In this document: positions 54,956 through 63,918 of the stretch, in pieces
Layout: each line of letters opens with the position of its first letter
Position numbering within the stretch: position 1 is the first letter of the stretch
IMG/VR virus record: IMGVR_UViG_3300037722_000495
Span: 1 to 63,918 of that record
Source of the DNA: a virus
Lineage: Duplodnaviria > Caudoviricetes
DNA length: 63,918 nt
Reading direction: 5' to 3' (one strand)
Notes under the pieces: model-generated
Told to the model about the DNA's origin: nothing
Databases searched by the model: none
Seen by the model: only the letters and a program-made list of their open reading frames with translations
Translations under genes and position numbers: made by a program

Positions 54956-56605
54956 GTGATTGTGGGAAAGATCGCGAAGAGTAATTTACCTTGTGTTGAT
55001 CCAGACTGTGGTTCCTCGGATGCACTACAGGTATATGAGGATGGAGATTCTTTTTGTTTTTCATGTCAGAAATTTTTCACAAAAGAACAAACACAAAATA
55101 GAGTAGTAAAGGAGTCTCCTCCTAAGCAAAACAAAGGTTATGAGAAAGAACTTTCTGTAGAACAAATAAGAGAACTTCCTGTAAGAGGATTTAAAGAAAG
55201 AGATATAACAAAACAAATTTCGGAATTCTATGATGTAAGAATCTCTTATGGAACAGATGGTAATATAGATGCACACTATTATCCATATAATAATTGTGAA
55301 TCTTATAAGAAAAGAAAATTGCCAAAAGAATTTTATTGGATAAACAAATCAGATGATCTCTTCGGAAGACATAAGTTTCAAGGGGGAGGCAAACGATTAA
55401 TTATCTGTGAAGGTGAGATTGATACACTTTCAGTAGCACAAGCCGTATTTGACCATTATAATACAATTTATCCAGTAGTAGGAATATCTTCTTCTGCTAT
55501 GACTAAATCAATTCTCAAACATAGAGAATGGATAAGATCATTCGGTGAAGTTATTATTTGTTTCGATGAAGATGATGCAGGAGAAAAGGCAAGAAAAGAA
55601 GCAATAAAAATAGTCGGTTACGATAAAGTCAAAATAACGAAATTGCCAACAAATGATGTAAATGAATTACTTCTAAAAGAAGGTTCAAAAGCTGTAATGA
55701 GACAGCTCTTTGACGCTGTACGATATATACCTTCTGGAATAATCGGTAAAGATTTATTATGGCAATCCCTGATAGATTATAATAACAAACCCTCTATACC
55801 TTTTCCAGAATGTCTTGAAGGAGTTAATCATAAAACAAAGGGTAGAAGATCAGGTGAAATTACACTATTTATATCAGGAACTGGCTCTGGTAAGACCACT
55901 CTGTTAAGAGAAATCATAATCGATATTATTCAGAATAAAGAAGAAAAACTAGGAATTATTTCCTTGGAAGAATCTCCTGCGGAGACAGCTCGAAAATTAT
56001 CTGGTATGGCTTTGAACAGGAATCCCGCCAATGAAGAAATTCCAATAGAAGAATTAAAAGCTGGTTTTGATCAAATATTTGGAAATGATCGTATTTTAAT
56101 ATTAGACCATCAAGGTTCAATAAATGACAATTCAATTACAGATCAATTAGAATATATGTGTTTAATGGGTTGTACTACCATTCTAATTGATCATATCACT
56201 ATTCTAGTTTCAGAAGGAGTTGAAAACTTGACTGGAAATGAAGCCCAAGATAAAATGATGAATGAGCTTCTCAGATTGGTTAAGAGACATCCTGTATGGA
56301 TCGGTTTAGTTTCACATTTAAGAAAAACACCTAGTGGTGGTAAATCTTTTGAGGAAGGTAGACTTCCTACTTTAGATGATATCAGAGGTTCTGGTTCTAT
56401 TAAACAAATCTCATTTGATATCATCGCTTTTGCAAGAAATCTTTCAGCTGCAGATGATGTTGAAAGAAATATAATGTTAATGAGTGTTTTAAAGTGTAGA
56501 TTTACGGGTTTGACAGGTCAAGTACCAGGGGCCTACTATGTATACGAAACAGGAAGATTGAAACCACTAAATTCTTCCGTGGTTGAATTCACTTCATTGG
56601 ACTAA
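54956..56605 (+). CDS. Primase-helicase (T7 gp4-like)
   Basis: Zinc finger C..CGSSDA..CFSC; TOPRIM EGEID and FDED; GTGSGKT, DHI, HLRK, DIRGSGSIKQ. Confidence 0.93.
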   Translation: MIVGKIAKSNLPCVDPDCGSSDALQVYEDGDSFCFSCQKFFTKEQTQNRVVKESPPKQNKGYEKELSVEQIRELPVRGFKERDITKQISEFYDVRISYGTDGNIDAHYYPYNNCESYKKRKLPKEFYWINKSDDLFGRHKFQGGGKRLIICEGEIDTLSVAQAVFDHYNTIYPVVGISSSAMTKSILKHREWIRSFGEVIICFDEDDAGEKARKEAIKIVGYDKVKITKLPTNDVNELLLKEGSKAVMRQLFDAVRYIPSGIIGKDLLWQSLIDYNNKPSIPFPECLEGVNHKTKGRRSGEITLFISGTGSGKTTLLREIIIDIIQNKEEKLGIISLEESPAETARKLSGMALNRNPANEEIPIEELKAGFDQIFGNDRILILDHQGSINDNSITDQLEYMCLMGCTTILIDHITILVSEGVENLTGNEAQDKMMNELLRLVKRHPVWIGLVSHLRKTPSGGKSFEEGRLPTLDDIRGSGSIKQISFDIIAFARNLSAADDVERNIMLMSVLKCRFTGLTGQVPGAYYVYETGRLKPLNSSVVEFTSLD

Positions 56606-56666
56606 GTATGATATCTCTTATAGTTAAGGGTCTACTTATCTTAATAACTATTTGAAAGAGATTTTA

Positions 56667-58583
56667 ATGATCACAAAAAATTTTCTACCTAATGTATCTA
56701 CTCCTTGGAGTTCAATTGGTTATCTGACTTTTAAAAGGACTTATGCAAGAGAGCTTAATGACTCAACAGAGGAATTTGAAGATGCTATTATAAGGGTTAT
56801 CAATGCATGTGATAACCAATTTGGATGTAATTTCACAAAAGAAGAGGAATATCGATTAGCAAATTATTTTCTTAAATTAAAATGTTTACCTGCGGGAAGA
56901 TATCTTTGGCAAGCAGGAACAGACACTGTAGAAAGATTTGGTCTATCCTCTTTGCAAAACTGTGCATTTGTTACAGTTGATGCACCCATTAGACCATTTA
57001 CTTGGACAATGGACATGTTAGCTTTGGGAGCCGGAGTAGGTTTCAATATCCAAAGAGAGCATGTAGATAAGCTTCCTGTTGTTCGAGATTGGTTCTCTGC
57101 TCCTGTTCGTACGGATGATAATGGTGCAGATTTTATTATTCCTGATAGTCGAGAAGGTTGGGTTAAATTTCTGGGAAAAACTCTCAAAGCAGCATTCCTT
57201 TCAGAAAGTAAAGAGAAAGGAACATTTACATACTCTACAAAATGTGTACGTGGAAAAGGTTCTCCGATAAAAGGTTTTGGTGGTGTAGCAAGTGGTCCAG
57301 AAGATTTGGTCTGGGGTATTGGTAAGATTTCAGAGATACTCATTAAAAGGAAAGGCAGAAAAATAAGACCAATAGATTGTCTTGATATTATGAATATTAT
57401 TGCACATATTATTGTAGCAGGTAATGTTCGTAGAAGCGCTCAAGTAGCAATTGGTGACCCTGATGATGTAGAGTTTCTTTTAGCAAAACGTTGGGATATG
57501 GGAAATATTCCTTCCTGGCGTGCAATGTCAAATAACTCTGTGGTATGTGATGATATCCGTGATCTTCATGAATTCTTTTGGGAAGGTTATGAAGGTAAAG
57601 GTGAACCTTATGGTCTTATTAATCTTCGTTTGTCCAGAAAAGTAGGACGTCTTGGAGAAGAACAGTATCCAGATCCTGATATTCAGGGATATAATCCGTG
57701 TTGTGAGCAAGGACTTGTTCCTTTCGAAAGTTGTTGTTTAGCAGAAATTTTTCTACCAAATATAGACTCTTATGGAGAACTTCTAGATTGTATAGAACTC
57801 CTTTATAGAATATGCAAGCACTCACTCTTACTTCCATCTCATAATAAAGAAACAATGGATATTGTAAGAAAGAATATGAGAATGGGCATCGGAATGACAG
57901 GTGTCTTACAAGCACCAAAAGAAAAACGAAAATGGCTATCCGATGCTTATGACTATTTAAGAGATCTAGATGAACGTTACTCAGAAATGCATGATCTCCC
58001 AGAGTCTATTAAGCTGACTACAGTAAAACCTAGTGGGACCCTTTCTTTATTGCCTGGAGTTACTCCTGGTATTCATCCCGCTATTGCACAATATATGTAT
58101 AGGAGAATTCGTATTGCCTCTGATCACCCATTGATTAATGTTTGTAGAGAGCATGGTTTTCCAATTGAATATCAAAAGAATCTTGATGGTACAAATGATA
58201 GAAATACATTGATTGTTACATTTCCTTATGCATATCCAGAAGGAACTAAACTTGCAAAAGATATGACAGCCTTATCACAGTTGCACGAGATTAGACAAAT
58301 GCAGACAGTATGGTCTGATAATAGTGTTTCTTGTACCATTTATTATGAAAAAGAAGAACTACCGGAAATTAAAGAATATTTAAAAAGACACTATAAAAAT
58401 AATCACAAGACACTTTCATTTCTATTGAAGCGTGAAAGTGGTTTCTTCCAACAACCTTATGAAGGAGTAACTAAGAAAGAATATGAAGCCTTACTAGCTA
58501 GCACAACTCCGATAACTAGTATTGATAAAGCTGACTTTGAAGGTATTTCTGAATGTGATAATGGAGCTTGTCCAATTAAGTGA
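56667..58583 (+). CDS. nrdJ: Class II (B12-dependent) ribonucleotide reductase
   Basis: NCAF, GNVRRSA, NPCCE, TTVKPSGT, terminal C..GACPIK; no beta subunit nearby; start codon uncertain. Confidence 0.88.
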   Translation: MITKNFLPNVSTPWSSIGYLTFKRTYARELNDSTEEFEDAIIRVINACDNQFGCNFTKEEEYRLANYFLKLKCLPAGRYLWQAGTDTVERFGLSSLQNCAFVTVDAPIRPFTWTMDMLALGAGVGFNIQREHVDKLPVVRDWFSAPVRTDDNGADFIIPDSREGWVKFLGKTLKAAFLSESKEKGTFTYSTKCVRGKGSPIKGFGGVASGPEDLVWGIGKISEILIKRKGRKIRPIDCLDIMNIIAHIIVAGNVRRSAQVAIGDPDDVEFLLAKRWDMGNIPSWRAMSNNSVVCDDIRDLHEFFWEGYEGKGEPYGLINLRLSRKVGRLGEEQYPDPDIQGYNPCCEQGLVPFESCCLAEIFLPNIDSYGELLDCIELLYRICKHSLLLPSHNKETMDIVRKNMRMGIGMTGVLQAPKEKRKWLSDAYDYLRDLDERYSEMHDLPESIKLTTVKPSGTLSLLPGVTPGIHPAIAQYMYRRIRIASDHPLINVCREHGFPIEYQKNLDGTNDRNTLIVTFPYAYPEGTKLAKDMTALSQLHEIRQMQTVWSDNSVSCTIYYEKEELPEIKEYLKRHYKNNHKTLSFLLKRESGFFQQPYEGVTKKEYEALLASTTPITSIDKADFEGISECDNGACPIK

Positions 58584-58590
58584 GGATTAA

Positions 58591-59919
58591 ATGCAGAGTG
58601 ATTTAATAAAAATGGCTATCAATGATATAGCTTCTACTTCTAGCACAAATTCTAAAATTGATAAATTGAAAGAGTACAGCAGTATCGATGGATTTAAATA
58701 TGTTTTGGAACAAGCTTATAATCCATTTATTAATTTTGGTGTTTTGAATGCCACTCTACCAAAAGAATTTGGAGATAAACATTTTAATGAAACCACAATT
58801 AAGCTCTTAAAAAATTTATCAGAGAGAGAACTTACAGGTAATGCTGCAAGAGATGAAATTCAAAATCATCTTGAAAAACTTGATTCTTATTCAGCGGAAT
58901 TGTTTCTTCATATTTTAGAGAAAGATTTACATGCAGGTTTTAATGTAAAATCCATAAATAAAGCGATAAAAGGTTTAATTCCAATTATGCCTTATATGCG
59001 TTGTAGTACACAAAAAGAAGTTGACCTAGATTCCCTTAATTGGAAATTGGGAGTATATTCTCAATACAAAGCTGATGGTCTTTTTTGTAATATAACTAAA
59101 AGAGGAAAAAATATCCTTTTACAAACGAGAAAAGGAAAAGAGTTTCCTACAAATCAATTTTCTAGTATCGTATCTGAAATAATAAATATACCTTTTGACC
59201 AATTTCAAATACATGGAGAATTACGTGTATATGAGAATATTAATGGTCACTCTTATAAAATTTTAGATAGAAAGACAGGAAATGGAATATTAAACAGTGT
59301 ATTACAAGGTGGTGCTTTTCCACTCGGTTGTTATCCACTTTATGATTGTTGGGATATAGTAAATCTAGATGTAATTGAAGGAAAAGTAAAACCATCAAAA
59401 CCTTATAAACTTAGATTTGCTATATTACACGAACTTTTGACTGGTTGTTTCAGTTGTAATCTTATTAATACAAAAATAATATATTTCAAAGAAGATGCTA
59501 TAAAACATTTTGAAGAAGTTCTTTCAAAAGGTGGAGAGGGCACTATTCTTAAATCCCCAGAAGCCCTCTGGGAGAACAAAACAAGTAGACAACAAGTTAA
59601 ATTTAAGGCAGAAAAAGAGTGTGAACTGATTATTGTTGGTTTTAATCAAGGAAATGGAAAAAATGAAAATACCTTCGGTTCCTTTAAATGTGAATCTTCC
59701 GATGGTTTACTGAAAGTCAATGTAACAGGAATATCAGACGATCTAAGAAAAGAGATCCATGAGAATAGAAAAGATTGGTTATATTCAATTATAACTGTCA
59801 AATTTAATGAGTTAATAACAGATCTTTCAGGAGGACATTCTTTGTTTCTTCCTAGATTTATTGAACGTCGTAATGACAAAGATGAAGCTGATACTTTGAC
59901 CTACATAAGGAGCCTGTAA
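58591..59919 (+). CDS. ATP-dependent DNA ligase
   Basis: KADG, HGEL, EGTILK, KFK, SLFLPRF...R.DK motifs. Confidence 0.9.
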   Translation: MQSDLIKMAINDIASTSSTNSKIDKLKEYSSIDGFKYVLEQAYNPFINFGVLNATLPKEFGDKHFNETTIKLLKNLSERELTGNAARDEIQNHLEKLDSYSAELFLHILEKDLHAGFNVKSINKAIKGLIPIMPYMRCSTQKEVDLDSLNWKLGVYSQYKADGLFCNITKRGKNILLQTRKGKEFPTNQFSSIVSEIINIPFDQFQIHGELRVYENINGHSYKILDRKTGNGILNSVLQGGAFPLGCYPLYDCWDIVNLDVIEGKVKPSKPYKLRFAILHELLTGCFSCNLINTKIIYFKEDAIKHFEEVLSKGGEGTILKSPEALWENKTSRQQVKFKAEKECELIIVGFNQGNGKNENTFGSFKCESSDGLLKVNVTGISDDLRKEIHENRKDWLYSIITVKFNELITDLSGGHSLFLPRFIERRNDKDEADTLTYIRSL

Positions 59920-60866
59920 TGGGTGCAAAAAGACGCACGATTAATTTGATTCTTGATAATAAAATCAATGACTGGATCAAAAGTATCGAGGATGAACAAC
60001 TACAAAATCTTGTCAAGAAAGATGCATTCTTATCAGGTGGTGCAATTACGAGTTTACTTCTAGATGAAAAGATTAACGATTATGACGTTTATTTCAAAAC
60101 AGAAGAAACAGCTTACCAAGTAGCTTGTTATTACGTAGAGCAATTCAAGAAGAATAATCCAGATAAACTTAATCATTATGTACCCGAAGTAAAACGAGTT
60201 GAGCTACAAAACCGTTTCGGTAAGCCTGAAGAACGCATCGTAGTTTGGATGAAATCAGCAGGTGTTATTGGAGAGGAACAAACAGACTATTCTTATTTTG
60301 AATTAACTCCTGAAGCACCTGAAGACAGATTTATGAGTTCTCTAGGTGAAGAACCTATGGAGATTATAGAGAATCGTAAAAAAGAGAAAGCAAAATATAG
60401 ACCTATCTTTATGACAGATAATGCGATAACTCTTTCTGATAAAATTCAATTAATCATTAGATTTCATGGTCAACCTGAAGATGTACATAAAAGTTTCGAT
60501 TTTGCTCATACTCATAACTATTTCGACTATGAAAAAAGAGATATCACTCTTCATCCATTAGCAATGGAGTCCTTACTTTCAAAAGATCTAAAGTATCTCG
60601 GTAGTTACTATCCTATTGCAACTCTGTTCAGACTGAGAAAATTTTTGGAAAGAGGTTGGAGAATCTCTGCAGGAGAAATTCTTAAGATTGTATGGCAAAT
60701 TAATGAGCTTGATCTGAATAATAAGGCTATGCTCAGAGATCAACTTATTGGAGTCGATCTTGCATATATGACAGAGTTAATTCATAAAATTACTAATACA
60801 ACAGAGAGGGTTGATAGCTCTTATATTGCGAAACTAATAGACAAGATCTTCGATAAAATTGATTAA
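59919..60866 (+). CDS. Nucleotidyltransferase-like protein
   Basis: GGAI.SL......NDYDVYF, FDF.H and R..K...RGW motifs. Confidence 0.7.
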   Translation: MGAKRRTINLILDNKINDWIKSIEDEQLQNLVKKDAFLSGGAITSLLLDEKINDYDVYFKTEETAYQVACYYVEQFKKNNPDKLNHYVPEVKRVELQNRFGKPEERIVVWMKSAGVIGEEQTDYSYFELTPEAPEDRFMSSLGEEPMEIIENRKKEKAKYRPIFMTDNAITLSDKIQLIIRFHGQPEDVHKSFDFAHTHNYFDYEKRDITLHPLAMESLLSKDLKYLGSYYPIATLFRLRKFLERGWRISAGEILKIVWQINELDLNNKAMLRDQLIGVDLAYMTELIHKITNTTERVDSSYIAKLIDKIFDKID

Positions 60867-60869
60867 TAT

Positions 60870-60957
60870 GCCTGGGTGGTGGAATTGGTAGACACAAGGG
60901 ACTTAAAATCCCTCGGATTTTGCGTCCATACGGGTTCGACTCCCGTCCCAGGTACCA
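60870..60957 (+). tRNA. tRNA-Leu(UAA)
   Basis: Acceptor GCCTGGG/CCCAGGT, D arm TGGTAGAC, anticodon stem AGGGA/TCCCT with loop CTTAAAA, long variable arm, GGTTCGAC, encoded CCA. Confidence 0.95.
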
Positions 60958-60971
60958 TTAAAGGAGAGATT

Positions 60972-61136
60972 GTGAAATTATATAAAGTTAAATTTTGGGT
61001 TAGATACAAAGGAAAAAACTCTTTAAGGGAAGAAACAGTAAAAGCAAAAAAGATTGAAGATGTGTTTATAGTGCTACGAGAGGTATATAGATCATTTTTA
61101 TCAGAGGTTGTTGCTGTTCAAAGGATTGATATATGA
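60972..61136 (+). CDS. Small basic hypothetical protein
   Basis: AAGGAG RBS then GTG at 60972, downstream of the tRNA. Confidence 0.5.
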   Translation: MKLYKVKFWVRYKGKNSLREETVKAKKIEDVFIVLREVYRSFLSEVVAVQRIDI

Positions 61137-61272
61137 TTAGTGACTTTTTAGATATTCTCAAAGAAGAAGAAAACAGATTGCTATCTTTAAAAACAAATTG
61201 GGGTAGAAATGAATTGAAAATGATCCTGGCTGAGGCTAAAGCAAATGCTATGGCAAGAATTATGGATGAAAG

Positions 61273-61482
61273 ATGCTAATTGCAAACGATATCGAAATTC
61301 CAGATGATTGTCCTGAAGTGTGTACAGTAGAATCCTTAAAATACTGTACTAGTTGTCCAATCTTTTTATGTAGAAAGGAGCCTAATTTACCCATTCCTAG
61401 GTTAAGAAGTCCTGACAGCTACAACAGAGAGTTGGCGATTAAATGGCAAAATTTTTTCTACGGAGGTGTTATGCCGTTCTGA
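61273..61482 (+). CDS. Cys-rich hypothetical protein
   Basis: P..C...C.....C..CP..C pattern. Confidence 0.45.
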   Translation: MLIANDIEIPDDCPEVCTVESLKYCTSCPIFLCRKEPNLPIPRLRSPDSYNRELAIKWQNFFYGGVMPF

Positions 61483-61490
61483 GGTGATTA

Positions 61491-61679
61491 ATGAAAAACA
61501 AATGTAGGTTCTGCCACATTCAATGTAAACACCCAGATGAAGCATGTCCCAATTGTGATCATCAAAATACAATCTTATGTATTGATTGTCGTGATGACTT
61601 TTGGTCATTTTGTTATTACAGACCCAGGAACAAAGGAGATGTCAATGCGAGGCTCAAAAGCCAAGAAAATCAGAAATAA
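61491..61679 (+). CDS. Zinc-finger hypothetical protein
   Basis: GAGGTG RBS; three CxxC. Confidence 0.45.
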   Translation: MKNKCRFCHIQCKHPDEACPNCDHQNTILCIDCRDDFWSFCYYRPRNKGDVNARLKSQENQK

Positions 61680-61793
61680 AGTTTACGGTGATCGTTCTCA
61701 GAGAACAAAAAGAGAGTATTTGAAAGATAAAAATGGAATGGTCAGAAATGCTATCGGGACTCTTCGTAATCTCTATAAAAAAGCTAAAAAGCA

Positions 61794-62027
61794 ATGAAAA
61801 CTAACAGAGATGTCTTAAAGACATTAATTGATGAAACTGATGGTCTGGAGCATGTAGCTATTGCTGAGGCTATCAGATATTACACTTCTCTTTACCCCGA
61901 AGATCGACCGACTGAACATGGTGATACAATAATTTCTAATATTGTTTGGTGGGATGCTATCAAGAGTGTTGAATCAAAATTGGTAAAACATTTTGAGAGA
62001 CCTATTTATGAAAAACAAGACATGTGA
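61794..62027 (+). CDS. Hypothetical protein
   Basis: ATGA overlap with previous ORF. Confidence 0.45.
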   Translation: MKTNRDVLKTLIDETDGLEHVAIAEAIRYYTSLYPEDRPTEHGDTIISNIVWWDAIKSVESKLVKHFERPIYEKQDM

Positions 62028-62375
62028 AGTCTGTAAACTTGATTTTTGTAAGGGTGGTAAATATGTAATACTTCACAATAACCTTTTCCGTAAAAAATAT
62101 GTATGTCATAGTTGTATAATCGATAATAAAGATGAATCAGTAAAAAAATTCAATCAATTACGACTCTTAAATTTCGAATCTGACGATCCCCGGAAGGGTC
62201 TTGTCTGCCCCCCGTCCTGCAGAGAAAAACAGCAGAGGTACTGCGGTAGGCTACCAGCTTACAGTTTTTCGGAAGGATCGCGCTTCAAGTTTCGATAATA
62301 GAAGTGACAGTTATAAGGTATTGAAATTAATGGAGAAAATTCGAGGACCGCCCTGAAGTGATTTTCCCGATTTCC

Positions 62376-62389
62376 CGTTAAATTAACCC
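62376..62389 (+). promoter_or_regulatory. Motif A copy 4
   Basis: CGTTAAATTAACCC, 11 bp upstream of motif B copy 3. Confidence 0.65.
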
Positions 62390-62400
62390 TAAAAAATCTT

Positions 62401-62425
62401 CGGAAAATAAAGTATCTTATATGAA
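62401..62425 (+). promoter_or_regulatory. Motif B copy 3
   Basis: CGGAAAATAAAGTATCTTATATGAA upstream of ORF 62475. Confidence 0.7.
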
Positions 62426-62474
62426 GAGACAATAAGGTCTCTCATATCATTAACCTCATGAAAGGTATTAAACA

Positions 62475-63146
62475 ATGAGTTCTTTGCTTAAACAAGTCGT
62501 AGTCGCTCCCGATGGTACTCAGTTTGACAACATGAAAGATGCTGAAGAGTATCTGCGCAAACCTAAGGTTATTGAAGCATTGATGGATCTCACCAGTATT
62601 GATGAGGAACTGTCGGAATGGCTCTATAACCAGCAAGAGCTGCTTGAAGAATCATTTGCCGTTGGTAGTATCCGTAGGTTTCGTAAGAGTGATAAGAAAG
62701 CCTATGAGAAAGACCTCAACACTATCAAGGAAAAATTCCAGAAAGAACTCCCTTGGTTGGCGGAACATGGTCTCAAGATCAACATTTCTTGGCCCAAACA
62801 GCGTAAGATTGATGAAACTGAAAAGAATACCCTCATCATCAACAGTCTGGCTGCAGCTCGTGATGAAGAAACCGCTAAATGGTGCGTGGAAAATCAGACC
62901 AAATTGATGGAAGCTTTTGAGGCTGGTAAAGAAAAGCGTGAGGCTCCTAAAGAAGGTACTCAAGCTCTCTTTATTCACCACACCAAAATGGCAATTCTCA
63001 AAGGTGTCAACAAGGAAGGTCTCTCTCTTGAAGATGCCGTTGAAGCTCTTGATAAAGAGAAACACACTGAAGATCGTATCAGTGAAGCTCTGAAGATCAT
63101 CGCAGCGGATATGGAAGCTGCAGAAAAAGAAACTGAAGAAGCTTAA
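62475..63146 (+). CDS. Hypothetical protein, probably highly expressed
   Basis: Capsid-like codon bias (CGT, GGT, CTG, ATC); both motifs upstream. Confidence 0.7.
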   Translation: MSSLLKQVVVAPDGTQFDNMKDAEEYLRKPKVIEALMDLTSIDEELSEWLYNQQELLEESFAVGSIRRFRKSDKKAYEKDLNTIKEKFQKELPWLAEHGLKINISWPKQRKIDETEKNTLIINSLAAARDEETAKWCVENQTKLMEAFEAGKEKREAPKEGTQALFIHHTKMAILKGVNKEGLSLEDAVEALDKEKHTEDRISEALKIIAADMEAAEKETEEA

Positions 63147-63250
63147 TTAATTAGACCTGGGCATGTCATTAAAAGGCCCTTTTAAACAGGTTATCGTGAT
63201 GACCTATAAATGTTTACCCGAAAGGATAACATTTAAATATCACGAATAAT

Positions 63251-63270
63251 GCCCCTCTTAATTGAGGGGC
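63251..63270. other. Hairpin GCCCCTC-TTAATT-GAGGGGC
   Basis: Near-identical to 42939-42956. Confidence 0.6.
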
Positions 63271-63432
63271 AAAAAATTGAAAGGAGAATATTCATGCCAT
63301 CAAAAAGCGAGAAACAAAGAAAATTGTTTGGATGGTTATATTCGAAAGTCAAGAAAGGAGAGAAAGTACCGAGGCCTTATACCAAGTTAACAAAAATCCA
63401 AATCAGAGACATGGCTAAAAAGGAAAAATAAC

Positions 63433-63723
63433 ATGACATTTGAATTGTACATGGAGACCCGTTATGATGAGCGGATCTCTCTTTTAAAGGAGCAAGTTGA
63501 ATTCATTATTAAGAATGAAAAATCTGATGTAATTAGAAGGAGAAAAATAGCTGAATTGTTATTTGAATTTGATGCAAAGACAAATGAACACCTTGCTACA
63601 TTTGAGCTCAATCCAAACTATATCATAGAAGATCGTTTCTATGAAAAAATTACCAGTCGTTATCTTGCACAGAAAGTTCAACAACCAGAATTTACCCTAG
63701 TGTTAAACTTAATGAATCCTTGA
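63433..63723 (+). CDS. Hypothetical protein
   Basis: AAGGA RBS, 96 aa. Confidence 0.5.
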   Translation: MTFELYMETRYDERISLLKEQVEFIIKNEKSDVIRRRKIAELLFEFDAKTNEHLATFELNPNYIIEDRFYEKITSRYLAQKVQQPEFTLVLNLMNP

Positions 63724-63918
63724 TATCAGGAGAGTAAAGTGGAAAGATTTAAAATTGGTGATGACACCTTCTTAGTTGTAAAACCTGTGGAGAAACTTTT
63801 ACAAAGTAAAATGATTAAAGATGTAATACAATCTGGAAGGTGCTTATGTATTAATGTCCAAACCAATGAATTAACAATAAGATCTTTTCCAAAAGAAACA
63901 AAAGAAGAACATGACTTG

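Noticed and set aside
60876-60971. N-terminal extension of ORF 60876-61136
   Set aside because: Overlaps tRNA-Leu; the RBS-supported start is GTG 60972
1-63918. Stop-codon reassignment or prophage status
   Set aside because: Genes are long and intact in the standard code apart from introns; no integrase, repressor or host genes recognised

Overview
This window is most or all of an AT-rich, apparently lytic siphovirus-type phage genome, with every credible gene on the + strand and no integrase or repressor seen. Gene order: terminase, lysis genes, an accessory or structural cluster with a subtilisin protease, portal, head, a 3191-aa tape measure and tail tip, a noncoding control region, small early genes, then a T7-like replication module (SSB, PolA, exonuclease, primase-helicase, class II RNR, ligase) and tRNA-Leu. 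The main result is a two-polymerase transcription system. (1) The minor head protein (MuF/SPP1 gp7 family) is fused to a complete T7-type single-subunit RNA polymerase, probably packaged in the virion. Its gene is split by two group I introns with homing endonucleases and gives about 1567 aa after splicing. (2) A second T7-type RNAP (about 760 aa spliced) is split by a third group I intron that keeps only a remnant of its endonuclease. Splice sites were inferred by eye from P1 pairing, the terminal G and restored catalytic motifs. Two repeated intergenic motifs (4 and 3 copies) are candidate promoters for the two polymerases. All calls come from motif recognition; no database searches were run.
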